Part shown: positions 56,289 through 64,000 of the stretch, piece after piece
How positions within the stretch are numbered: position 1 is the first letter of the stretch
How the letters are laid out: each line of letters starts with the position of its first letter
Source of the DNA: a virus
Taxonomy: Duplodnaviria; Caudoviricetes
IMG/VR virus record: IMGVR_UViG_3300006045_001036
DNA: 64,000 nt
Strand: one strand, 5' to 3'
Translations under genes and position numbers: made by a program
The notes under the pieces: generated by a model
Databases searched by the model: none
What the model was told of the DNA's origin: nothing
Seen by the model: the letters and a program-made list of their open reading frames with translations, nothing else

Positions 56289-56324
56289 GGTTTAGGCTCC
56301 TTTGTAAATTTTCAGAATACCTAT

Positions 56325-56353
56325 ATTATAGCATGATTTACCAAGTCTGTCAA
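56325..56353 (-). promoter_or_regulatory. Consensus sigmaA promoter
   Basis: TTGACA-17 nt-TATAAT. Confidence 0.88.
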
Positions 56354-56369
56354 CCCGCAACTAAAACAA

Positions 56370-56394
56370 AAGTATGGGCGAAAAGCCCATACTT
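56370..56394. terminator. Hairpin ending the tail operon and bounding cassette 3
   Basis: AAGTATGGGC-GAAAA-GCCCATACTT, T-run on the minus strand. Confidence 0.75.
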
Positions 56395-56507
56395 AAATAA
56401 ATAATTAAGGAGATAAACACATGAAAACACTTATATTAGAAATATCTGAGGAACACGCCTCAAAATAGATGAGAATTGCCAAGCTACGTTGTAGCTTGGC
56501 AAAACAA

Positions 56508-57005
56508 CTACCCGTTGAGTTCTTCATCGCTGCAACAAGGGTCAGTGGTCGATATAATTTCGGGGTCAGACTTGGAGGAAGTTTTAGGTTTCTTTTTGGG
56601 TTTTGAAACAGGCTTTGTAGAAGATTGCTCGACATATTCATTACAGCCGTCATCATGGTGTTGCTCGTCTGTACAACCACAACTACATTCCATTGAATCG
56701 TCTGTTGGCGGTTGCCAAGCATCGGGATTTTCGTGTAAATCAATACAAGGAGCATCTCCCCACATTCTGAATATGGCGGTTTCATAGCAACACTTGTTTG
56801 TGCTTCTCAAAAAATATTCAAGCTTTTTTCGTCCTAATGGAGAGTTTCGATATATGTGTTTATCTGTCGGTATTGGAACAGACAAAATTTCTCCTTTATA
56901 CGCTATGATTTCCACTGCCGAAAATTCCACTGAGAACGGAGACAACTTGATTTCAATTTGTTTCGCTGTCGTAGGTGTGTCGGGAGATAAAGGTTGAATC
57001 GTCAT
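56508..57005 (-). CDS. Hypothetical protein after the fibre gene
   Basis: AAAGGA RBS; Cys/His-rich C-terminal half. Confidence 0.7.
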   Translation of the reverse strand: MTIQPLSPDTPTTAKQIEIKLSPFSVEFSAVEIIAYKGEILSVPIPTDKHIYRNSPLGRKKLEYFLRSTNKCCYETAIFRMWGDAPCIDLHENPDAWQPPTDDSMECSCGCTDEQHHDDGCNEYVEQSSTKPVSKPKKKPKTSSKSDPEIISTTDPCCSDEELNG

Positions 57006-57024
57006 AGTTTTATTCCTTTCTTAA

Positions 57025-60000
57025 TTAGGTTAATTTCTTCGTTATTATTACTTTGCCATGACCGTAGTTACGTGGTTTCGATAATCCAGGGTCAGTTATT
57101 GATGAAATTGGATTACTTCCTGTGATATATCCGTTTTGCCTTGTTGCATCGGTGTCTATAGAGCTACGTCCTGCATTTCCACCAGCATTGATGTTTACTG
57201 CACCTGCACCTCCTAAGTTGCCCGAGCCACCACCGCCCCAGTCCGAACTTAAGCTGTGCCCTCCTGCTCCATAGCTATCTGCGTTCGTTGTATTTCCCTC
57301 GTGGTCTGTAGATGTAAGATTAGTAGGACGCCCATTAGTAATCATACTTGCACCACCTCCACCGCCAGCACATAGAATAGGTTCTCCTTTACCAGAGATA
57401 GGCGAGTTAGGGTTGTAGAATAGTTGGAAAGGTTTGAAGTCTTCGATAATATTCTGCGTTCGAGCGACGATTTTAAATATCATCAAATCTCCCGACACAC
57501 CTCCGAGGTCGGTGGAATGACTTGTTGAGTTTCGAGTGCAACGAATTTGGAATGTCCCGCTACTGCCATTTGGAATGTTTTTGATAAGAACACGAACCGC
57601 CGTTGTCCCTGCTAATTCTTCTGTAGTGAAGTCTGAACCGTTGGATTTTCGAAGTAGATGTCCGATTGAATATTTCCAATCTATATTTGAGCCAACGGCA
57701 GGTAGATTGCTTGGCTCGGTGGTAGGTACGGTTGCTTCGGATTGCAAAATTCGAGTAACCCCTGTTTCGGTGTCGTATGCTGAAACTTCATAACGAAGCC
57801 CCGAAGCAGACAAGTCAACAAGGCTGTTATTTCGAGTGATTGACTGTATGATACAACGAGACGAAAAGTGATTCCACCCCGAGCGGTTTAAGTGCGATGC
57901 AGGGGTATATTCTAATTCAAGCGTAACTGTGGAAGCATTAGTGGAGTCGCCGATAGGATAGCTGTAATTTTGTCCTACAGCGTCACCTATGTTTTTCTCA
58001 TCTTTAACGAAAGTACCTCCTATGCGGGTTATGGAACTGACATCACGACAAGGGTATACACGTACATATGAACAACCGCCCCCACCGTATCCTCTCGGTA
58101 AGTTCAAAGTTGCGTGACGACTTCCATCACCTGCATCGCCACCTTGTGGGAATCCACCGACTCCATTATTACTTGGTTTCTCACCAACACCAATATAAAA
58201 AGTGCATGGTGCAGAAAGCCTAACTTCGGCAGATTTGTACATCCCCATACCGCCTTGATTTCTACCATCCAAACCCGACCTGTCGCTTCTATCCCCTCCG
58301 CCCTCTGCACCCCAACACTCCATTAGGTATTTTCCCGCAGATAAGGTAATTTGCTGCTCACCCTTTGTGCAATGAAACTCCCAACCCTCATCAAGTTTGT
58401 CTCGGGTAATCTCTCCAGGCGGTATCATATCATTCGTCAATTTTCCCCATTCCGAGTTACGGTCATTATTACTCGCTTTATTAAGACTACGCATCAGCAT
58501 ATCACCGCTTGACGCAGGTGAGTTGTTTCTGTTGTGCGGCAGAATTTTGTTAGGGGTTACAGCTTTATCTTTAATCGCTACAGGGATAACAACTTCATTA
58601 TTTGTAGAGTTGTTATCGAGTTTGCGGTTGGCTTCCTCGGCAGATGTTAAAGCACGATAACTTGTGTCTGTTGTGGGTAAACGACTTGGCAACATCACAT
58701 CACCGTCATCAGTTCTAAACGATTTTTCACCGAATTTAAGAATTTGCCCCCAAGTCTTTTTAAGTATTACATACAACGAGTCACTCTCACCCCAAGTATC
58801 ATCGTCGGGAGTATCGTTGCCGACTACAATATTTGCAAGTCGTTTTTGAGTAACAGCGATTGAAGTGTTTTCGGGGAATTTGTGTCCTGTTCTGTTAGCA
58901 GCGTTGTAAGTTCTTACAGTTTGTGTTACAGGGTCGTAATCAACGTCCCAAGCAGCAATGTATTGACGAAAATCGAGTGGATATATAGCGTTAACCGTGT
59001 CTCTTACACGGAATACAAAAACATTGCCGCTACCTGTTTCGGGTATTCTCGGCAATCCCCAACGGGGACCGAAACTCGAAGAGTGTCCTCCCGCACCAAC
59101 TCCAGTTGGAGTAATCCTACTTGGACTCGTAGTACTGCCCCAGTTAACACATCTAATGGCGAGGCGGTCTCCATTCTGCACTTGATTATCGCCAGTACCG
59201 TAAGGTATTTTCAACCGAAAACTTCCTGAAATCCTTTCAGTAAGACTTTCAGACACATCACTAAACGATACAGCTAATCTTGCCATAGTAGCGAAATCAC
59301 TGTCAGTATTAGCGGGGTTGAATGTTTTGAACGTCGGGTTTGGATTGTTTGAAGACCAGTCATATTCTTCGCTGTCGTTGTAAGCACCTTGCAACGAAGT
59401 AAATGTACGTTTTTCGCTTCCCCTAATCCTTACCAAGTGCATTGTTGTGCAACCATTAGTGTTTTCGGTTCTTGACAAAGTAGATACCATGTGCATTGCT
59501 GACGGAACATCAAGAGTGAGAAATACATCTTTATCTGCTTCCATAACTCTACCGAACTCAATGTTAAAATCTCGTGACTCTCCGTCTTCAGCAAATACTA
59601 CACCACCATCACTTGTAAGCCCTGTGCCATTAGACTGAACTGTGCCTTGCATAGTCAAAGGCGACGGTGATGTCGAACCCCTAACCCCTGTTATATTACC
59701 TGTACTTGGGTTTATTAATACTGTAGAATATCTTGTTACAGGAGCATTTCGACCACTCACATACGCACTGTGAGATGGGTCAGGGAATAAACCCTTGTCT
59801 ATCGCATTTACCCCCGAGCGACTCAAATTTCTCAGTATCTTACCCCATGTAACAGGGTCGTCAACACTGAAATATCGAGGGTCTCTCTCAGTCGCTGTAC
59901 CGCCGACATTTGCGTTGCCTGAGGGATAAGGGGCATCCTCATAATAATTAGCTTTATCTTCGACATTACGTATTGCAGGTACGCTGAATTTCTCGAACGG

Positions 60001-60975
60001 TGTTTCTACAAATACTATGGATTTGTCACTGGCTGTACCGCTTATTTTTGTCGAAACATCTTCACGGTTTACTTTGACATTGGCTCCACCGCTTGTCGCA
60101 AGTATACATTGTCCGTAACCCATTCCCCATTCGTTGGGGATTGTTGCTCCTGTTCCTATGGTGTCGCCAAGGTCTGCAAGCATATCGGGGATTCCCGCCG
60201 TACCCGCATCGTTAGTTGTTAGTATGCTCCCTGCAGAGTTAGTTGCTTTGTAGAGTGCTTCAAGGCTTAGTCCTTTGACAACGAGACGGAGGGGGAAACC
60301 ATTGAATCTTGCGGCATAGGTGTTATTACTCGCTGTTGTTATTGGAGTTGTATCCTGCGAACCGCCTTTCGGCACGATTATAAATGAGATATACCCTGCT
60401 GTCCGTAATCCTGTAACCATGTTAGAGCTGTTTTTGAAATATCCCGCCCTGTTGCCTTTGTCATCAGAGATGTATGCGTCAATGATGTGGCTGAATGCTT
60501 CGAGGGATTTACGATTGGCTTCACGGTCATTAGTCGAATGACTGTCAGGAAGCACGGAGTCAGCCGTTGTCGGCTGTGCCGTGGTATTTGTCGGAGCGTT
60601 CGGGTGTGGTGTGCCGTTGCTTTGTGATTGATTAGGAGTTGTACCGCTACGTATGGGCGGTGTCTCCACACCAGAAGTGTGTTGTCTCGGTAGCAACGGA
60701 GTAATAACAGGCATATAACCGAAATCTGCACCATAACAACGCACTGTTACTCTCCAGCGATTTGAACCAAGATTAACCCACTGTCCTACTCCGTTACCCG
60801 AAGCGAACGCAGGTATGGTTATTCTTGACGAAATCCCTTGCATCATTAACTGCTGCCAACGCCATTCAGGGATTTTAACACTGTCAGGTAATTCAGGCGG
60901 TAATTGACGTAAAAAGCTTTCGTAAGCGGATATACCAACATTTCTTCCTAAGTTATGAAGTTGTTTTGTAGACAT
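57025..60975 (-). CDS. Large tail fibre/baseplate-associated protein with glycine-rich domain
   Basis: GISAYE N-terminal motif; LSAGKYLMECWGAEGG...GGGG...AGGGGG...GHGKVIIT glycine-rich domain. Confidence 0.7.
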   Translation of the reverse strand: MSTKQLHNLGRNVGISAYESFLRQLPPELPDSVKIPEWRWQQLMMQGISSRITIPAFASGNGVGQWVNLGSNRWRVTVRCYGADFGYMPVITPLLPRQHTSGVETPPIRSGTTPNQSQSNGTPHPNAPTNTTAQPTTADSVLPDSHSTNDREANRKSLEAFSHIIDAYISDDKGNRAGYFKNSSNMVTGLRTAGYISFIIVPKGGSQDTTPITTASNNTYAARFNGFPLRLVVKGLSLEALYKATNSAGSILTTNDAGTAGIPDMLADLGDTIGTGATIPNEWGMGYGQCILATSGGANVKVNREDVSTKISGTASDKSIVFVETPFEKFSVPAIRNVEDKANYYEDAPYPSGNANVGGTATERDPRYFSVDDPVTWGKILRNLSRSGVNAIDKGLFPDPSHSAYVSGRNAPVTRYSTVLINPSTGNITGVRGSTSPSPLTMQGTVQSNGTGLTSDGGVVFAEDGESRDFNIEFGRVMEADKDVFLTLDVPSAMHMVSTLSRTENTNGCTTMHLVRIRGSEKRTFTSLQGAYNDSEEYDWSSNNPNPTFKTFNPANTDSDFATMARLAVSFSDVSESLTERISGSFRLKIPYGTGDNQVQNGDRLAIRCVNWGSTTSPSRITPTGVGAGGHSSSFGPRWGLPRIPETGSGNVFVFRVRDTVNAIYPLDFRQYIAAWDVDYDPVTQTVRTYNAANRTGHKFPENTSIAVTQKRLANIVVGNDTPDDDTWGESDSLYVILKKTWGQILKFGEKSFRTDDGDVMLPSRLPTTDTSYRALTSAEEANRKLDNNSTNNEVVIPVAIKDKAVTPNKILPHNRNNSPASSGDMLMRSLNKASNNDRNSEWGKLTNDMIPPGEITRDKLDEGWEFHCTKGEQQITLSAGKYLMECWGAEGGGDRSDRSGLDGRNQGGMGMYKSAEVRLSAPCTFYIGVGEKPSNNGVGGFPQGGDAGDGSRHATLNLPRGYGGGGCSYVRVYPCRDVSSITRIGGTFVKDEKNIGDAVGQNYSYPIGDSTNASTVTLELEYTPASHLNRSGWNHFSSRCIIQSITRNNSLVDLSASGLRYEVSAYDTETGVTRILQSEATVPTTEPSNLPAVGSNIDWKYSIGHLLRKSNGSDFTTEELAGTTAVRVLIKNIPNGSSGTFQIRCTRNSTSHSTDLGGVSGDLMIFKIVARTQNIIEDFKPFQLFYNPNSPISGKGEPILCAGGGGGASMITNGRPTNLTSTDHEGNTTNADSYGAGGHSLSSDWGGGGSGNLGGAGAVNINAGGNAGRSSIDTDATRQNGYITGSNPISSITDPGLSKPRNYGHGKVIITKKLT

Positions 60976-60976
60976 A

Positions 60977-62605
60977 TTAATACAAAGTCCTTCCATTCAT
61001 ATTTAACTCGTTGTCAGTGTGTTCTACATAGTCCTGTCGGAATAAATCACGAGACAAGTCAAGTGCAAGAAGCTGTACTTTCCACTCAATCTGCACTACC
61101 TGACCTTTACCGACTCGGGGGATTGAACGTTGAAGCTGACGCATCCTACGTCTGTAGCGTTGAGCAGCCGTGACCAAAATTCGCTCGCCGACATAACTCT
61201 TATCTTCTCCGTTCGGTACATCATAAAAATCATCTGTCAAATCCTGCGGAGACCATTCTTTAGGGAATACACGATAACCAGCAAGCAATTCGGCAGGAGC
61301 TTGGTATCGGTTTCGTAAGATTTCGGGAATATCCGGATTGTTAGGATATTTTTCACCGTTCCACCGAGTTCCCCACAGTCCGCATTCGGGAATGAAGAGA
61401 TAATCTCTATCCCCTCGCATAGATTTCAAAGCACCGAGAGATATCAACGCAGTGTAAACAACGTCGATTGAGCGAACTGTTTCCGCTGTGTTCATACCAT
61501 CGGTACGAGACATAGGGTAGAACGCTCTTCTTGCTTGTATCGGTACACGGTTATGTTGATGAGTCACCAATTCACATTCTAAAGGCAGAGGGGAAGGAAC
61601 TGGCAAACCTGTTGCACTTCCGACATTACAACAACTACAATGACAGTTACAGTCAGGGTTGCCGCAGAGATTGATTCCCTCGACTTGACGGCGGTAATTC
61701 TCTTTTTCATCAATGTAAACAAAAACTCTCGACCCTGCGGGGAGTGTTCCCCCGCCGAAAGCTGATTGTATAAATACCTTGTTTTGATTTGCGGCACGGT
61801 CAATATCAACAATCACCCGAGGACCCACAATATCTGTTTCATTTCGGCGAATATATAGCAAATCTCCTATTCGAAAAGATGAAGCGTCTGCTACCCTTAG
61901 CTCGACAGCCGTGCTGTTTTCTTGAAAACTTAATGTTGTCGGAGCAACGTACTCATAGCCTCGGATATAATCATCGACGTGCTGTGCGTATGGAATTCCT
62001 ATGCCGCTTTTCTTTCTCTCGTTATTATCATACTGCCACATAACATCCTCTGTTCGAATATCGGCGTCAAATCCTGGAGCATGAGTGAAGTAATTTCTTC
62101 TCGGTATTTTTATCGAGCTATTCGAGTCATTAACGCTGATTGAAGTAGTTACAGGATGTGGGTATCGGTAGTGTAGATTATCTCCGATTTGTTTCGTTTC
62201 TACGCCGTTATACCAAAGCTCACCGCCGTCAATAGAACTTAACAGAGGAACTCTTCTGCGTGTCGGGATATCTTGAGGGAAATGTAGCGTATTAATGTCG
62301 TCAACAGGCTCGTTGTCTTCTTCCCACATCTGAGCAAGTTGAATTGCATTTCCTTCAGAATCTTCGCCAACACCGTTTAATCCCATTGTCCCAAGTGAAA
62401 TATACTGCGGCAAGTAGTTTTTCAACAAACCGCCGACATTATCAAACCCATATCCTTGCAAGTAGTGAGCAATCCCCTCTAACAAAGTTGTGGTTACAGA
62501 GTTTTGCCCTTTATGAACTTGGTCTACTCGCCCAGTGGCTTCGTCAATAACTTTTATAGTGACATTATTAATTGCGGTAGCAGTTTTGTGGCTTTTCATT
62601 CGCAC
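60977..62605 (-). CDS. Putative baseplate/tail protein
   Basis: NVTIKVID...HKGQNSVT, YISLGTMG, ECGLW, QIEWKVQL pattern; coupled to the fibre gene. Confidence 0.6.
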   Translation of the reverse strand: MRMKSHKTATAINNVTIKVIDEATGRVDQVHKGQNSVTTTLLEGIAHYLQGYGFDNVGGLLKNYLPQYISLGTMGLNGVGEDSEGNAIQLAQMWEEDNEPVDDINTLHFPQDIPTRRRVPLLSSIDGGELWYNGVETKQIGDNLHYRYPHPVTTSISVNDSNSSIKIPRRNYFTHAPGFDADIRTEDVMWQYDNNERKKSGIGIPYAQHVDDYIRGYEYVAPTTLSFQENSTAVELRVADASSFRIGDLLYIRRNETDIVGPRVIVDIDRAANQNKVFIQSAFGGGTLPAGSRVFVYIDEKENYRRQVEGINLCGNPDCNCHCSCCNVGSATGLPVPSPLPLECELVTHQHNRVPIQARRAFYPMSRTDGMNTAETVRSIDVVYTALISLGALKSMRGDRDYLFIPECGLWGTRWNGEKYPNNPDIPEILRNRYQAPAELLAGYRVFPKEWSPQDLTDDFYDVPNGEDKSYVGERILVTAAQRYRRRMRQLQRSIPRVGKGQVVQIEWKVQLLALDLSRDLFRQDYVEHTDNELNMNGRTLY

Positions 62606-62611
62606 ACTCCT

Positions 62612-63277
62612 TTACGGTATTTCGTCGGCGAAGATAAATTTATCAGAATTATTTTCGTAACTTGAAGGGTCAATTAAAACCACGGCTTGGTTGAGGGAGT
62701 TGAAATTACCTATTTTAATCTCATTCTTATCAATCAAATCTTGGTCTACCCTGACGTGAAGATTATAAGCGGTAAACCCCGCTCGGTCTCGGTCAAGCAT
62801 CTCATTAAAGGTGAAAGCGTCGGGATAAGGCTTTGCGTTTGTTGGTCTGCCGCCTAATGTTTGCCCGTATCGTGTATACTGAGCAGGTAAGTAATTCGCC
62901 CAACGTGGTCGTGTTGTCGGGTTGTCGTTCGTAGGTTTCCACATCCAAATATCATAAGAAGACAGTTGTAACAAGGAAAATGCCGCAGGAGGTGCAAGTG
63001 GGTTTAATCCGCTTGCAGTTCTCAGAATTGGATTACCACCGCTCGTTATCAACTCAGAATATTGTTCTGCCAGAGGGATTCCCAACATCCGATTATCTTG
63101 TGGAACACTCCGACCTTGGAAGATGTTATACTCTGCTGTTGATAGCGTTTCTTGTGCTATTGTTGTTCCGTTTGCTCGGGTGTCTCTTATATAACTCGGT
63201 GTGTTAGGAGAGCGAGGCAGTTTGCCATCCATCATTGCATGAGTATACCCGCTATTGTGATTAGCCAATTTGCTCAC
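62612..63277 (-). CDS. Hypothetical tail-operon protein
   Basis: ORF in operon; start GTG or nearby TTG. Confidence 0.65.
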   Translation of the reverse strand: MSKLANHNSGYTHAMMDGKLPRSPNTPSYIRDTRANGTTIAQETLSTAEYNIFQGRSVPQDNRMLGIPLAEQYSELITSGGNPILRTASGLNPLAPPAAFSLLQLSSYDIWMWKPTNDNPTTRPRWANYLPAQYTRYGQTLGGRPTNAKPYPDAFTFNEMLDRDRAGFTAYNLHVRVDQDLIDKNEIKIGNFNSLNQAVVLIDPSSYENNSDKFIFADEIP

Positions 63278-63330
63278 TCCTTCCCAATTTAACCTACTGT
63301 GAAAGAGTTTATCGAATTACGAACAAAGCA

Positions 63331-63366
63331 CAAAAATACCGAGGATAAGATTCCTCGGTATTTTTG
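63331..63366. terminator. Bidirectional intrinsic terminator
   Basis: CAAAAATACCGAGGA/TCCTCGGTATTTTTG inverted repeat. Confidence 0.8.
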
Positions 63367-63379
63367 AAAGTGGCGAGTG

Positions 63380-63940
63380 TTACAGTTTCCCCAACCATTT
63401 ATCTATGCCATCATAGGCATCATCGTAGTTATTATAAGTAGCTTTTGCACAACCGCTTACTACGATATTATGCAGTTTCCACCTTTGCTTTGGATTTCCT
63501 GTCAATTTTGCTGACTGTGCTTGATGCTTCTTGTTATCTTGTTTCTCCAAAGGAGCTTTCTCTGCGTTTGTTTTTCTTGCATGGCGAAAATGATTAGATA
63601 ATCGAAATATGATTAGACATTTACTCGTGCTGTTGGGCGGGAAAAAGTACCAATAGTGAGACATCCCGCTCTGCTCGCTAATGACATAATCAAGTGGCTC
63701 AATGTTATGAGTATAAAACAACCCCATAACACTTTGTACAAAATCTTCGTATTCGCCTAATACGAAGTTTTCAATGACAGCTCCCGATGCTATCTTAGTC
63801 GTAGGATAGGACGCCGCAATCGGGACAGTTTTGTCTAACCCCTCCAACTCCACATCTACCACGATAACATTTTCCAACGATATGCCGTGTTGTGTAGCCA
63901 GTTGCTGTATTGATTTTGCACTGCTTAATAATCTAATCAT
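63380..63940 (-). CDS. Hypothetical protein with putative head-targeting N-terminus
   Basis: GAGGTG RBS; MIRLLSSAK start; IAAS and IASG motifs. Confidence 0.72.
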   Translation of the reverse strand: MIRLLSSAKSIQQLATQHGISLENVIVVDVELEGLDKTVPIAASYPTTKIASGAVIENFVLGEYEDFVQSVMGLFYTHNIEPLDYVISEQSGMSHYWYFFPPNSTSKCLIIFRLSNHFRHARKTNAEKAPLEKQDNKKHQAQSAKLTGNPKQRWKLHNIVVSGCAKATYNNYDDAYDGIDKWLGKL

Positions 63941-64000
63941 TATCAATCACCTCGCTTTACTTTATTAATGCTACCACGAATTAATGATTTTGTCAAGATT

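Larger units (their letters stand above)
365..63971. promoter_or_regulatory. Dispersed phage promoter motif GCATT(T/A)(A/C)T, about 20 copies
   Basis: Oriented copies mostly 25-65 nt upstream of start codons; positions listed in findings. Confidence 0.7.
1..64000. mobile_element. Fragment of a large tailed phage genome with T4-like head module
   Basis: Terminase, portal, prohead protease, major capsid and neck genes in one cluster; dense small ORFs; no host housekeeping operons; no integrase or att site visible. Confidence 0.95.

Noticed and set aside
56421-56468. 15-codon ORF MKTLILEISEEHASK after a good AAGGAG RBS
   Set aside because: Too short to support; possibly a gene remnant, no evidence for readthrough
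57025-60975. Diversity-generating retroelement target in the fibre gene
   Set aside because: No reverse transcriptase and no template/variable repeat pair seen in the window
1-64000. CRISPR array, tRNA, tmRNA or rRNA genes
   Set aside because: No regularly spaced direct repeats and no cloverleaf with T-loop/CCA found in intergenic regions by eye; tRNAscan/ARAGORN would be needed to exclude fully
1-64000. Stop-codon reassignment as seen in some large phages
   Set aside because: Core genes are full length under the standard code, and TAA, TAG and TGA all end genes

Overview
The whole window reads as part of a large tailed dsDNA phage genome, using the standard genetic code and mostly on the minus strand. 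It probably infects a Clostridia/Bacillota host, judging from strong GGAGG ribosome binding sites, sigmaA promoters, a sporulation-type sigma domain and a host-like lamin-tail-domain gene. It carries a T4-like head module (terminase, portal, gp21-like prohead protease/scaffold, gp23-like major capsid protein, gp13-like neck), tail/fibre genes, replication genes (SF4 helicase, SNF2 helicase, resolvase) and lysis membrane proteins. Auxiliary genes include infA, ahcY, a radical SAM enzyme, two DNA methylase-like genes, Fic and PIN toxins, and a nucleotide operon. The most unusual signals are: (1) three cassettes of tail-to-tail overlapping gene pairs, each with a host sigmaA promoter facing a phage-specific GCATT promoter, two of them paralogous Zn-finger pairs; (2) a pyrophosphatase-dCMP deaminase / dTMP kinase-HAD / SAM-methyltransferase operon with no thymidylate synthase in the window, plus a phage AhcY; (3) a recurring [IVL]-x-S-[SA] motif and MKII(S/N)S-type N-termini marking candidate head-packaged proteins, one of them interrupted by a G10 tract; (4) a 1.3 kb structured non-coding region; (5) a LigA homologue lacking its catalytic lysine, coupled to the portal gene; (6) ATA start codons. 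All family calls come from motif recognition by eye, not from database searches.
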